Shown: positions 19,888 through 29,487 of the stretch, in pieces
Layout of the letters: the number at the start of each line of letters is the position of its first letter
How positions within the stretch are numbered: the first letter of the stretch is position 1
Assembly (NCBI GenBank): GCA_051599415.1
Contig: AP039697.1
Coordinates: 1 to 64,000 of the forward strand
DNA: 64,000 nt
Reading direction: 5' to 3'
Source: Savitreella phatthalungensis
Taxonomy: Eukaryota
Position numbers and translations under genes: made by a program
Notes under the pieces: generated by a model
Told to the model about the DNA's origin: nothing
Seen by the model: only the letters and a program-made list of their open reading frames with translations
Databases searched by the model: none

Positions 19888-22800
19888 TCTGCCGGGGTAG
19901 AAGTGAGTCGCGTCTCGCGACTGTCATTGTTGTCATCATCATCGTTTGACATTTCTTCGTTAATATCGTGCGTGGCCATTTGCGTAGCTCTTCGTTGTCG
20001 CTCTTTGCGAGTAATTTGTGTTTGTGCGCGTTGCTTCAGTATAAGCTCTTCCTGTTGCTGGCGGTGTGAGCGGTAAGCGTTCAGTAGGTCTCCTCCGCCA
20101 AGGTCTAGAACCGTTGCGACTTTCTCCCATGTACGGTCGACACTAGGCAGGCCCTTCCATAGCACACACACTTCGATATTGGTGCCACCTCGCCCACGTC
20201 CAATACGCTCTCCAAGGATGTCTTCAATTTCTTTTGGAGGTGGCATCGGCAGCTCCGACCGTCGAGGTGGTTCGGTGCCGGTTGCAGGCTCAAGTTTCGC
20301 GATAGAGAAGACGGGGTGCAAACCCCAGTCGTGAGGTATATCAAGTTTGTAGGCCAAATCACTGATCTTTTCTGTGACAGTGAATGGTCCAATTCGCTGC
20401 GGCCCAATCTTCCGGTTACCAGGTATGTTCTTGAATTCCCTGATGTCCAAATACACTTTGTCGCCTGTAGCGAAGCTTTGTTCCATACGCTTCTGATTGC
20501 AATGGACAGCCATCATGGCTTGGGCGTATTTGGTCGCTTCTTCGGCCGCTCTGGGTATCTTGTCTCTGGTGGAAATGAACTCCTCTACTGCGATCAGCTT
20601 CACGTTGTCTTCCAGGTTCATGGTAGAGTCCCTAGGTCGAGTACCATACAGAAGCTCAAATGGACTGGTTTTGATAGTGCGATGATAACTCGAGTTGATA
20701 GCAAATTCGACATCGCCTAGGAATCTCCACCAATCTCCCTGTACCAAGTCAACATAATGGCGGAGGGCTATTTCCACTGTCTGGTTTGACTTTTCGGACT
20801 GCCCATCTGCTCGGGGGTTATAAGCTGTCGACATACTCCTTTTGATTCCGGCCCTGCGCAGTAAGGAGGTCCAAAATGCTGAGGTGAAACGCGCATCACG
20901 ATCAGATATGATGCGACGCGGTAAGCCCTGGAATCGGACAATCTCGTCATAGAAGCGTTCTCCTACTGTATAAGCATCATCATCCTTGCGGCATCCCACA
21001 ATGCGTACAATTTTCGTGAACTTGTCGGTGACTGTGAGGAACGCATCCCACATCTCCCCTCTTGCTCCGGCTGGCCCTGACGGTGGCAACCCGGTGACGA
21101 AATCGATTGTAATAGTATCGAAGGGAACAGCTGGGGTTTGTATCGGTTGACTGAGTCCATACTCCGTATGCCTGAGGATGTTGTTTGATCGACACTGGGC
21201 GCAGGAAGCAATCATTGCCTTTAGCATAGAGCTGAGGCGAGGATGGTAAATGTGCTTTAGTCGATTAGATGATTTCAACACACCTTGGTGTCCGTGATCG
21301 CAGTGAGAGTGCTCAATCAGCTCCTTGACTTCTGAAATTGGGGGACATCGCCTGTCTTGCTCTCCGTCCTCTCGCATGAAGATGTAGTTGTCTTTCATAT
21401 AGAACGCATCCAACGGTACTCCCTGGACGAGTTGTTGGTGAATCATTTTCAGTGACTCATCTAGAGCATAGTTTGGTACCTCTTGTTCATTGCTCGCGGG
21501 AGGGGGATCGTCAGTCATATGTGCTGGTTGGTCTGTTTCCGACTCCACCGGGAAAACTTCTTCCATTCGACTGCCTGGCTGAGGGTCTTGATGCAGTCGA
21601 CTAAGTGCATCTGCATTGCTGTGTTTCTTCCCTTCTCGGTGTACAATCTTCAATGGATATCCTGCGAGGTAGATGGCCCATCGCGCAAGTTTACCATTGC
21701 GTCCTTTGCCGACAAGGTTTTGTTGTTTTTGAAGCCATTCCAGAGGTTTATGGTCAGTAACCACTGTTAGTTCATGGCCATTATCGAGGTAATGAGCAAG
21801 CTTTTCGACAGCCCACACGAGACATGCGCATTCCAGCTCGGTCACCGCATAGTTCTTCTTGTGATTGTTCAAGCCCTTACTAATGTATAGGACAGGTCTT
21901 TCTTGGCCATTTGAAACTTGGTGCAGTGTCGCGCCAAAACCGTCATAACTGGCGTCAATGTACAGCTTGAATGGAGCGGAAAAGTCAGGCGGAGCCAGGG
22001 TTTCGGTGCTACTCAGCTTATCGATAACTTGGTTCCATGCTTTATTGGCTTCGGGGGTCCAACGGAGTTGTTTTTGTTGTATGTCTTCGTATCGTGCCGT
22101 CGGTTTGTCCCCAAGTCCTTGCGGACATTGCGAGCCGTGAAAGATTAGCTTCACTCCCCTACTGATGTGATTCTTTAGTTCCAGCAGTGGTTTGATCGTT
22201 TGGGAGTACCCGGGTAAGAAGTGTCTGTAGTATCCGAACAATCCAAGTGCAGTTTCCAGCTCTCCGAAAGTCTCAGGTTTTTTGAGTTCTGTCATCGCTT
22301 TTACTTTCTCTTCATGCGAGGATAGTCCCAGTCTCCCCACCTTGTGACCTAACACCGCCACTTCTGAGTACGCCAGATGAGCCTTCTCTGGTGCCAGCGT
22401 AACATTGTTACTGTCCAATTGGTTCAAAATGTCGCTGACTAGGGTCAAATGCGATTCGAAGTCCGGGGACCACAATATGAGGTCATCCAGGTAAGCAACA
22501 GCATCTTTCCACAAGTGAGATCCTAGCAAAGTGTTCATTCTTCTTTGGAAATAGGCTGGGCTGTTGACATAACCCATAGCACACACCGTGAACTGCTCTA
22601 GTCCACGATGCGAGGTTACGGCAGCAAATTTTCTTGATCCTTCCTCAATGGGAACTTGATAGAAACCTTTCTTCAAATCAAATGTTGAGATGAAAGCCGC
22701 TCCCGCTACTGCCGACAGGACATCGTCCTGCCGCGGTAAAGGATGTGCGTCCTTCACCACTAACTGATTGATGGGTCTGAAGTCGATGACTGGACGGGCT

Positions 22801-23194
22801 TTTCCATTGTGATGTGTCACAAATACTCGCGATGCATAAGGCGAGTCCGATGGTTCCAGCCGGCCTAGTCTGGTGAGCTCATCAAACACCTCGTCCACTT
22901 CCTTTCTACCGTTTGGAGAGAGTCGGTACGGAGCAGGTGCATTGAAGCTAGTTTCCTTGTCTTTGAGTCGTATGTTCATTCCAGGTCCCGGCAAGAGGCC
23001 TAGCTCGGATCGGAATACCCGACTATACTTAGCAAGAACTGCTTGGAGTCGTGAACGTTCGTGCTCAGTCAATCCACTGTTGATGTCGATGGAAGCGAGT
23101 CGTTCAAGACCATCATTGTGGTTCATAGGTTGGGTGTAGTCAGGGACTGCCTTGTCCGCAGCGGAGTCGAGGTCTTCTGACTCCGCTGTTAAAA
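19878..23194 (-). CDS. pol: Pol: reverse transcriptase, RNase H, integrase, chromodomain; probably entered by -1 frameshift from gag-pro
   Basis: IDFRPIN, DLKKGFYQ, YLDD; YIDAS, TELE, TDHKPL, NADALSR; HHCC, IDFVTGLP, SDRD, DGQSE, GPF; LWKG..TWE chromodomain; frame open back through the gag-pro stop. Confidence 0.95.
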
Positions 23195-25561
23195 AGACTG
23201 GGAGTTGTCTTGAATTCTGGCGAGTATTTCTCCATTGCCGAGTACCTTGGGATGGTTACTGTGATTGGTAATGGGAACATACCCAGTTCCGTCACCGTTG
23301 ACAATGGATTCGCCATCAATGGTGATCTTGTCCAAGGCCGAATCAACCTGATAGACAGGGAAGATACGTGTTTGGGTGTTAGTAGGCATCTTGACAGGGA
23401 CTGCCGTTTGTGTAAGCGGAGGCAGAACAAAAGCCTTTGCCATGCGGACCCTTGTGTCAGGAACAGGTGAGTAGTCTTGCGTAAGTGCGTTGCGGTGAGT
23501 GTCAATGTAGTTCATTGAGCTTTTCATTGGGCCCACCAGCCTATGCTGGGGTATTTCGAACTGATTTCGTGCTCCATCAATCACCATGCCATAACACCTG
23601 ATCAAGTCTTGTCCAAGGATGATCCCAACGTTGAGCGACGATATGATGTGGAAGTATTGTTGCAACTTAGCGTACCCTGAAGTTGTAAGCAACCATATGT
23701 CGAGGTTGACACCACGCTCTGAGGCTGTATGGACTCCGGGCACAACTCCCTTGATGGTAATACGGTCCTTCTTCGCCTTAGTCTCGATCTTCGCTTTCGG
23801 GTAGTGGAAGTTTAGGTATTTCTCTGATACGATGGAGATTGCACTCCCGCCGTCCAGAGGCTTCCACTTGGCGACACCATCACGACGATGGGCCACTTTG
23901 ACTTGAGCGCTCACGGATTGCTTTGCATCCGGGGCTGAGGTTAGAGAACCAATGGGTCGAACCACAACTTCATGTTTAATAGGTTCGCTGAACCTCACCC
24001 TTTTTGATTTGTTACGCTCGTGCTGAACGGTTAAGGAGTTGGTGAGCTCGTCAGTCTCGATTTCGGCAAACCAGGTCGAAGAGTCGCAATCACTATCCGT
24101 ATTATCATTGGGAGGTGGACGTTTGTCATTACCTGCCTCATCCTCTGACAACTCTGGTGAGGGTAAAGTGTCTTGGGTTTCACCGAGGTGTGATCGGACA
24201 GCCGTGGTATCACAGGGAGTAGCATTTGGCCCACTATACCAATGATACTTGCCGCAATTGTGGCATGCCCTGCGTGGCTTACCTGAGCTTTGCGCATTGT
24301 CTTGAGCCTTGATCTCAGTACCCGTTGCCCGACTTTGATGATATCCCGAGGAGGATGAGAGGTTATGAAACTTGCGTGCCGCTTGATCGATACGGCGTAA
24401 TTCTTTCTCCAACTGCTCCACCGAGGTGAATGAAGTCTCATGCAGAAGTGACTGATATTCGTCAGGGAGGCGTCGGACGATTTCGTACGTGATTGCAGAT
24501 GGCGAGGTAATTGAAGCTTCGACACAAGCCGCTCGGACGCTTGCGGTGAAGCCCATAATTCCATCTCTCCAATTGAACTTGATCTTTTCCAGCATCTGCT
24601 GACCTTGGTACACTGTGGGAGCATATCGATTTTCAATTAGCCAACACCATCCTTCGACAGTGCGCCGAGCGTCCATGGCATCTTCATCGGTTGAAGCGAT
24701 GATTGAGTCGAACCAATCGACTATCTCCTTAGGTGTCTCTTCGTTAATAAGTGACCTTTTGAGTCCTCGGAGAGTTTTCTCTTCCCCGTAGAGCTCTTGC
24801 AGAGACTTGAGTCGGCGAGTGAATCGACGGGCATTCTCTGCCGTCAATATGCCGACGTCGTCTTGCCTGATCTGCGTCTTATTGTCTCCGCTGATGGAGC
24901 TGGACCCAAAGAATGGGGTGCCGAGGGCAGTTCCCTGCGGTGCAGACGGCCTGACAAGTCCCGGACTTTGACCAACACGGGTTTGACGCAGTACGGAAGG
25001 TGGAACATAGGCCGTTCGAATGTCATCCGGTCTGTAACTACCAGCCCGGCCGTCCCTTCCATACGTCACCTCCCTGGCTAATTGAATGTCACCCATGCTC
25101 GGCATTCCAGGAACGACGTTCGGAGTCATACTAGGGTGCATCGTTCGATCTTGGCGAATATCTCCAGACATGGATGGATTGCGGCGAGCATCTCCACTTT
25201 GGAACTCCGCACGAGGTGCCGATCCTTCTGGCATACGTCGGGGCATCTCCCGTGCAGGATCCGGTCGGACGGTTGGCGCACTCCTATCCTCTTGGAGATA
25301 GTGCTCCATGATATCCATTCGACCAGTCAAGGAACGACATTCTCCTCCTATCTGCGTAATGGATTCTTGGAGTCCTTCGATAAGGTCAAAGAGACGCAGT
25401 TTATCTTCACGAGTAAACGACTCCGCTTGCGACTCGGGATCCATGAAACGCGTTGATTCCTCCACTGGGGGACCAGCGCGAGACGCGTCATGTGCCGTAG
25501 GGGGTCTTTGCGCAGTCGCGCGTCCCTGAGCAGGATCGTCACGTGAACCACTGGACGACAT
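23189..25561 (-). CDS. gag: Gag-protease polyprotein
   Basis: CHNCGKYHW...C knuckle-like motif, LDGGSAISIV aspartic protease motif with IILGQD; first ATG at 25561. Confidence 0.85.
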   Translation of the reverse strand: MSSSGSRDDPAQGRATAQRPPTAHDASRAGPPVEESTRFMDPESQAESFTREDKLRLFDLIEGLQESITQIGGECRSLTGRMDIMEHYLQEDRSAPTVRPDPAREMPRRMPEGSAPRAEFQSGDARRNPSMSGDIRQDRTMHPSMTPNVVPGMPSMGDIQLAREVTYGRDGRAGSYRPDDIRTAYVPPSVLRQTRVGQSPGLVRPSAPQGTALGTPFFGSSSISGDNKTQIRQDDVGILTAENARRFTRRLKSLQELYGEEKTLRGLKRSLINEETPKEIVDWFDSIIASTDEDAMDARRTVEGWCWLIENRYAPTVYQGQQMLEKIKFNWRDGIMGFTASVRAACVEASITSPSAITYEIVRRLPDEYQSLLHETSFTSVEQLEKELRRIDQAARKFHNLSSSSGYHQSRATGTEIKAQDNAQSSGKPRRACHNCGKYHWYSGPNATPCDTTAVRSHLGETQDTLPSPELSEDEAGNDKRPPPNDNTDSDCDSSTWFAEIETDELTNSLTVQHERNKSKRVRFSEPIKHEVVVRPIGSLTSAPDAKQSVSAQVKVAHRRDGVAKWKPLDGGSAISIVSEKYLNFHYPKAKIETKAKKDRITIKGVVPGVHTASERGVNLDIWLLTTSGYAKLQQYFHIISSLNVGIILGQDLIRCYGMVIDGARNQFEIPQHRLVGPMKSSMNYIDTHRNALTQDYSPVPDTRVRMAKAFVLPPLTQTAVPVKMPTNTQTRIFPVYQVDSALDKITIDGESIVNGDGTGYVPITNHSNHPKVLGNGEILARIQDNSQSF

Positions 25562-25628
25562 GCTGTCGTCCAACTTGACACTTGATTGATGAGTTGTAAC
25601 ACTGAAAGCTTTGTACCCTCAGTCCACT

Positions 25629-25638
25629 AGCGCTACCA
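25629..25638 (-). other. Primer binding site complementary to 3' end of initiator tRNA-Met
   Basis: Minus strand reads TGGTAGCGCT 2 nt after the 5' LTR; TGGTAGCG is the Ty1/Ty3-type iMet PBS. Confidence 0.8.
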
Positions 25639-25640
25639 GA

Positions 25641-25761
25641 TGGAAGACTGGTCACACTGAGGAAAGGATGATCATAAGATACGGGAGTGGGGGTGGATTT
25701 ATACTTCCACCCCCGGACTAAACGAAAGTGTGGCTGTGCCCATGATCATGCTCACGTAGCA
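25641..25761 (-). repeat. 5' LTR (121 bp)
   Basis: Identical to 19767-19887; followed on minus strand by PBS; contains TATAAA. Confidence 0.95.
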
Positions 25762-25908
25762 AGTCCTCTGATTTTACAGTAGGCTGACTCGACACATACC
25801 AGGCTGTGCCCAGTTGCAATTCAATTGTGGAAGAACTGGCGACAGCGCAAGGATTCTTCAGGGGGCAGACGGCCAGAATCGTTCTGTAGGACACGCAGGC
25901 CGGGCACG

Positions 25909-26199
25909 ATGCTAATTACCAAGTACCTTGCCTCCGTCACAGCGAGTATCGATCCATTCAACACAGGCTCGAAGGCCACAAGGCTATTCCTTTCTCTCGT
26001 CACAAAGGAGAGTGCTCGCCGGGACAGCAACACAAAAATCCAGACGAAAGTGGTACCTACAGGGTCCGCGAGCACGCTCGAGGTGGCATACAAGGATGGC
26101 AAGAAGGAAGTCTTCCAGGCCCATACACTGGCTAAGCTCGTTGCACAAGTCAACAGACACTCACGTGCGCTACAGATAATGGAGCAGGCGTCTGCGTGA
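25909..26199 (+). CDS. MRPL44: Mitochondrial ribosomal protein mL53 (fungal MrpL44)
   Basis: MLITKYL..V...DPF...SKATRLFL and LEVAYKDGK pattern, 96 aa. Confidence 0.8.
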   Translation: MLITKYLASVTASIDPFNTGSKATRLFLSLVTKESARRDSNTKIQTKVVPTGSASTLEVAYKDGKKEVFQAHTLAKLVAQVNRHSRALQIMEQASA

Positions 26200-26240
26200 G
26201 CACTTTCATTTACCATTCATACAGAAGACTATCTCGGAAA

Positions 26241-27965
26241 TCACGCGAGTGCACCGTCTCGTATCCCTTGACCGAAGGCTTGTGCGGCGTCCTGACAATG
26301 CGTCTGACCTTCGCGAGTGTCGCGCAAGTCTATCACGAAGCACACGAAAACGGCATCGACGACGGTGCTAGCACAACTTTCCACAGCACCAACCATGGTC
26401 CAGCCAATCGTGGCGCTGGCGATGCCGATCACATGACCGTAGATCGAGTCTGACGAGACCCAAGCGACTGTGCCTAGCGCGATCGCGGTCGTCGCTCGCG
26501 CGGCCATCAGGTACATTTTCGCAGTCCGATAGGATTGCCATGGTCCTGAATGGTCAAGTAAATGGAGTCGTTGAGATTCAGCCGCTGCATCGCTGAGCTT
26601 GATCGCATGGATCGCCGCAAGTGATAAGGTCAGAGGATTACCGAGATTGAGTAGGGGCGCCGACAGGAAGACCTGGCCGGCGAGAGAGAGTGCTGCAGAC
26701 AATTTGCGAGGGAGGATTAGCAGTGGAATCCTTGCCGAGATGGCCAGCAAGCTGGAGAGGCAGATACTACCGAAGTTGGTACACAGCGCATGGCGAATAG
26801 CCGCACGACTCACCTGCTGTTCGGTCGGCGTTTGGTGTTCATGTCTGTGGAAGAACCAGTGAGACGCAATCGCGCTAATTGCAGCTCGAAGAAGTCCTTG
26901 TGTGACACCATAAGTCCACAGATAGACTGAACAGAAGAAGACGCCCATGCCGTAGCTTTCTGCAATAGAGCGCCAACCTCCATGGTAGCCTGTCGAGGTA
27001 CTGCGCAGGAAGATACGCTCGAAATGATACAGCCAGATAGCTGTGAAAGTCAGAAACAAGGCAGTCAGGCTAGCGGCCATCGCTATGATCTGTGGATAGC
27101 GGCGCAATACTGTGCAAGCGAGCGAGATGACTGACACTGCTCTACCCAGGGATGCCCGTCTTCGATATGCACCGATTAGCCAGATTCCTGTCGCTGCGTA
27201 CATTGCTAGGCCGAGGAGATACAGTCTGTTGACCGTCGCATATGTTCCAAACGCGCCGACAACTAGTGGTGGTACCGTTACGGAGACATACGTTACTGGT
27301 CTGACATGTCTGCACAGGAGCCAGAACCAAGCCGTCGCAATCAGCAGGGCGGTTGCACTGTGGCGCGCAACAGGGAGCATTCCGTAGTGGAGGGCTGAGT
27401 AGACTGAGTCGCTAGGTAGTGAAGAAGGCACTGATGTCGTGAGCCAAAGAAGCATCGACGTACTTCCGATCATCGCGAGGGAGAGAAAGTAGAAAGCACC
27501 GAAGGTGGCATCATGTCGCTTATCGACCACGGGTTCGATCGTGGAAGGAAGAGGTCGATCTGGGTGAGCGGTAAGGCCGCCAATAGATTCTGATGAGTGA
27601 TCTATGGCCGGCTGAATACCACCTGAGTTGTGCAATACTACTCTTGATTTGTCCAGAGGAACACCGAACATGATATCTTCGGGCGCCGCGCTGTTTTCAC
27701 TATCGCGTCTCTCAGGCAACGGCGGTCGCCAGCTAGAGCGCATGGCATGATCGTCGGGCTCATATTCTGCGACATCCTCTTCCTCATCAGACTCGACGGG
27801 CAGGAATGCGCCAAATCTGCCGCGAGATTGCCGAAGCGCCAATGACTCTCGGATATCCTCCCGATCATCATAGCGCCCATCAAAGAGAGGCGCAGGCTGA
27901 CATCGCACCACTCCAGTGCGTACTTGCGACTGATGCAGTAAGCGCGACGCATATTCTGAGAACAT
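26241..27965 (-). CDS. Choline transporter-like (CTL/SLC44/Pns1 family) membrane protein
   Basis: MFSEYASRLL N-terminus, multiple TMs, WFF, NFGSICLSSL, VVDAVFVCF. Confidence 0.8.
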   Translation of the reverse strand: MFSEYASRLLHQSQVRTGVVRCQPAPLFDGRYDDREDIRESLALRQSRGRFGAFLPVESDEEEDVAEYEPDDHAMRSSWRPPLPERRDSENSAAPEDIMFGVPLDKSRVVLHNSGGIQPAIDHSSESIGGLTAHPDRPLPSTIEPVVDKRHDATFGAFYFLSLAMIGSTSMLLWLTTSVPSSLPSDSVYSALHYGMLPVARHSATALLIATAWFWLLCRHVRPVTYVSVTVPPLVVGAFGTYATVNRLYLLGLAMYAATGIWLIGAYRRRASLGRAVSVISLACTVLRRYPQIIAMAASLTALFLTFTAIWLYHFERIFLRSTSTGYHGGWRSIAESYGMGVFFCSVYLWTYGVTQGLLRAAISAIASHWFFHRHEHQTPTEQQVSRAAIRHALCTNFGSICLSSLLAISARIPLLILPRKLSAALSLAGQVFLSAPLLNLGNPLTLSLAAIHAIKLSDAAAESQRLHLLDHSGPWQSYRTAKMYLMAARATTAIALGTVAWVSSDSIYGHVIGIASATIGWTMVGAVESCASTVVDAVFVCFVIDLRDTREGQTHCQDAAQAFGQGIRDGALA

Positions 27966-29487
27966 CAATACTATGTTCCAGCGCGCAATGCACTTCAGAC
28001 TCGGCTGTGTTATTGTGGCCTAATATCATTTACGCCATCGCGCGTCCTGGCTTTGGGCCTCGTCGGTGATTTGATCAATATATCACTCGCGGTGTCCAAG
28101 CTAAGAGCAGCAAGATACTCAAGATCATTGTAATCTAATCAGTTTGATCGTCTTCAAGGAAGCACGCGACAGCAGTATAAACTTCCAGTTCAATCAAATC
28201 CAATTGAGCATACCCTGCAAAATTTATGCATCGTTCAATCGAGTTGAATGCATTTTCGGTTGCTTGCACATGGTGTATGATGACCGGGTGTGAGTGAAAT
28301 ACAGCTCCAGACGAGTATTGACTGTTTCCTCGAAACTTGGAGTACATTCGGTAGATCTGGTTCTCGAGCTCAGCATATTTCAATGCATATGGCCAATCGA
28401 TACACACTTCGGATGGGGCAACGTGCTGACGGCCGAGCACGCGCCGATAGACTTTGGCTTTCTTGTTGTCCGGCCGAGCTTGTCGAATCTCAAGTGCATA
28501 GGCAAAAGTCGATTTCGACGAAGCGACTGAAACGAGGTGCTCTGGGCATCAGGCCAAATCTGCCGAGGAAGTAGACAAGGAACCCGAGCAGTGCAGTCAA
28601 TTTCTTTCCTGAACAATCCTTTGCCTTCCGCATTCCAGGCGTCTTATGAGGAAAGATCCAGCAGACTCTTGTCCCGATAGTGCTGACAAGTCATGTTAGC
28701 CAATCCGAGCGGCGCGCCAATGCATGCGATCTTGTAATAGATCCGGCATAGCAAACTAAGCTCTATCCCGCCGGAAGCATATGCTTGTCTGTCTGCGAGC
28801 CACCCGTTCTGATTCCAACGTTACGATCTGCAGCCCTATGCATCTCAGGCGTGTGCATCTTGGGCGACATCACTGACAAAGACCCCGGTCTAAGCCTCAG
28901 ATCAATTGCTGGCTATTCACCAATGAGATCCAATCATTCTACACGATCATGAATTTCCGCTTTAACCTTCGCCAAAATACGCTCTGTGCTGAAATCAACA
29001 TGAATTCTGATCAAGATTGACAGAGTGAAATTGACATGTGGACACTAAAGTAATCGGTGATTGGCTGTTCGGCCTCAATTTCCACATGAAGACGTTCCAA
29101 AGACGAAGATGAAGTGTATGCTTAATTAGAGTTGTCTGAAGTGTCCGGGTTCTGTTGTGTCCAGCAACGAGGTTCAGACATGAGCAACTATACGCGGGAG
29201 TGACATGTGTTTGCTAATTTTGAAAGGCTCGGATGCGATCCTCTAGCTCATCCAATAGATCCGCTGGCTCGATTGCACACGGATGAGGCTGCACAGCTGA
29301 TGTTTGCCTGTTTTGTCAGGAATCGACTGGACTTGCACGACTTCTTGGTGCCTCCCCAATGGGTGAGGCCGGCGTCCGAGGACGAGTGTCACGGTCTATA
29401 AAGAGAACGCATTCGCAACCTTGAGGGTGACACCATCGACTACCAGCAGACCTCCTTGCTTTTCCCTGCATACACCAGTCGCCTCAA

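Larger units (their letters stand above)
19767..25761 (-). mobile_element. Full-length Ty3/gypsy (chromovirus) LTR retrotransposon, 5995 bp
   Basis: Identical terminal direct repeats with TG..CA ends, AGTCC target-site duplication (19762-19766, 25762-25766), PBS, gag-pro and RT-RH-IN-chromodomain ORFs. Confidence 0.97.

Noticed and set aside
28135..28616. Short minus-strand ORFs between the CTL gene and the secreted phosphatase
   Set aside because: No recognisable motif or convincing splice model; a lineage-specific gene cannot be excluded
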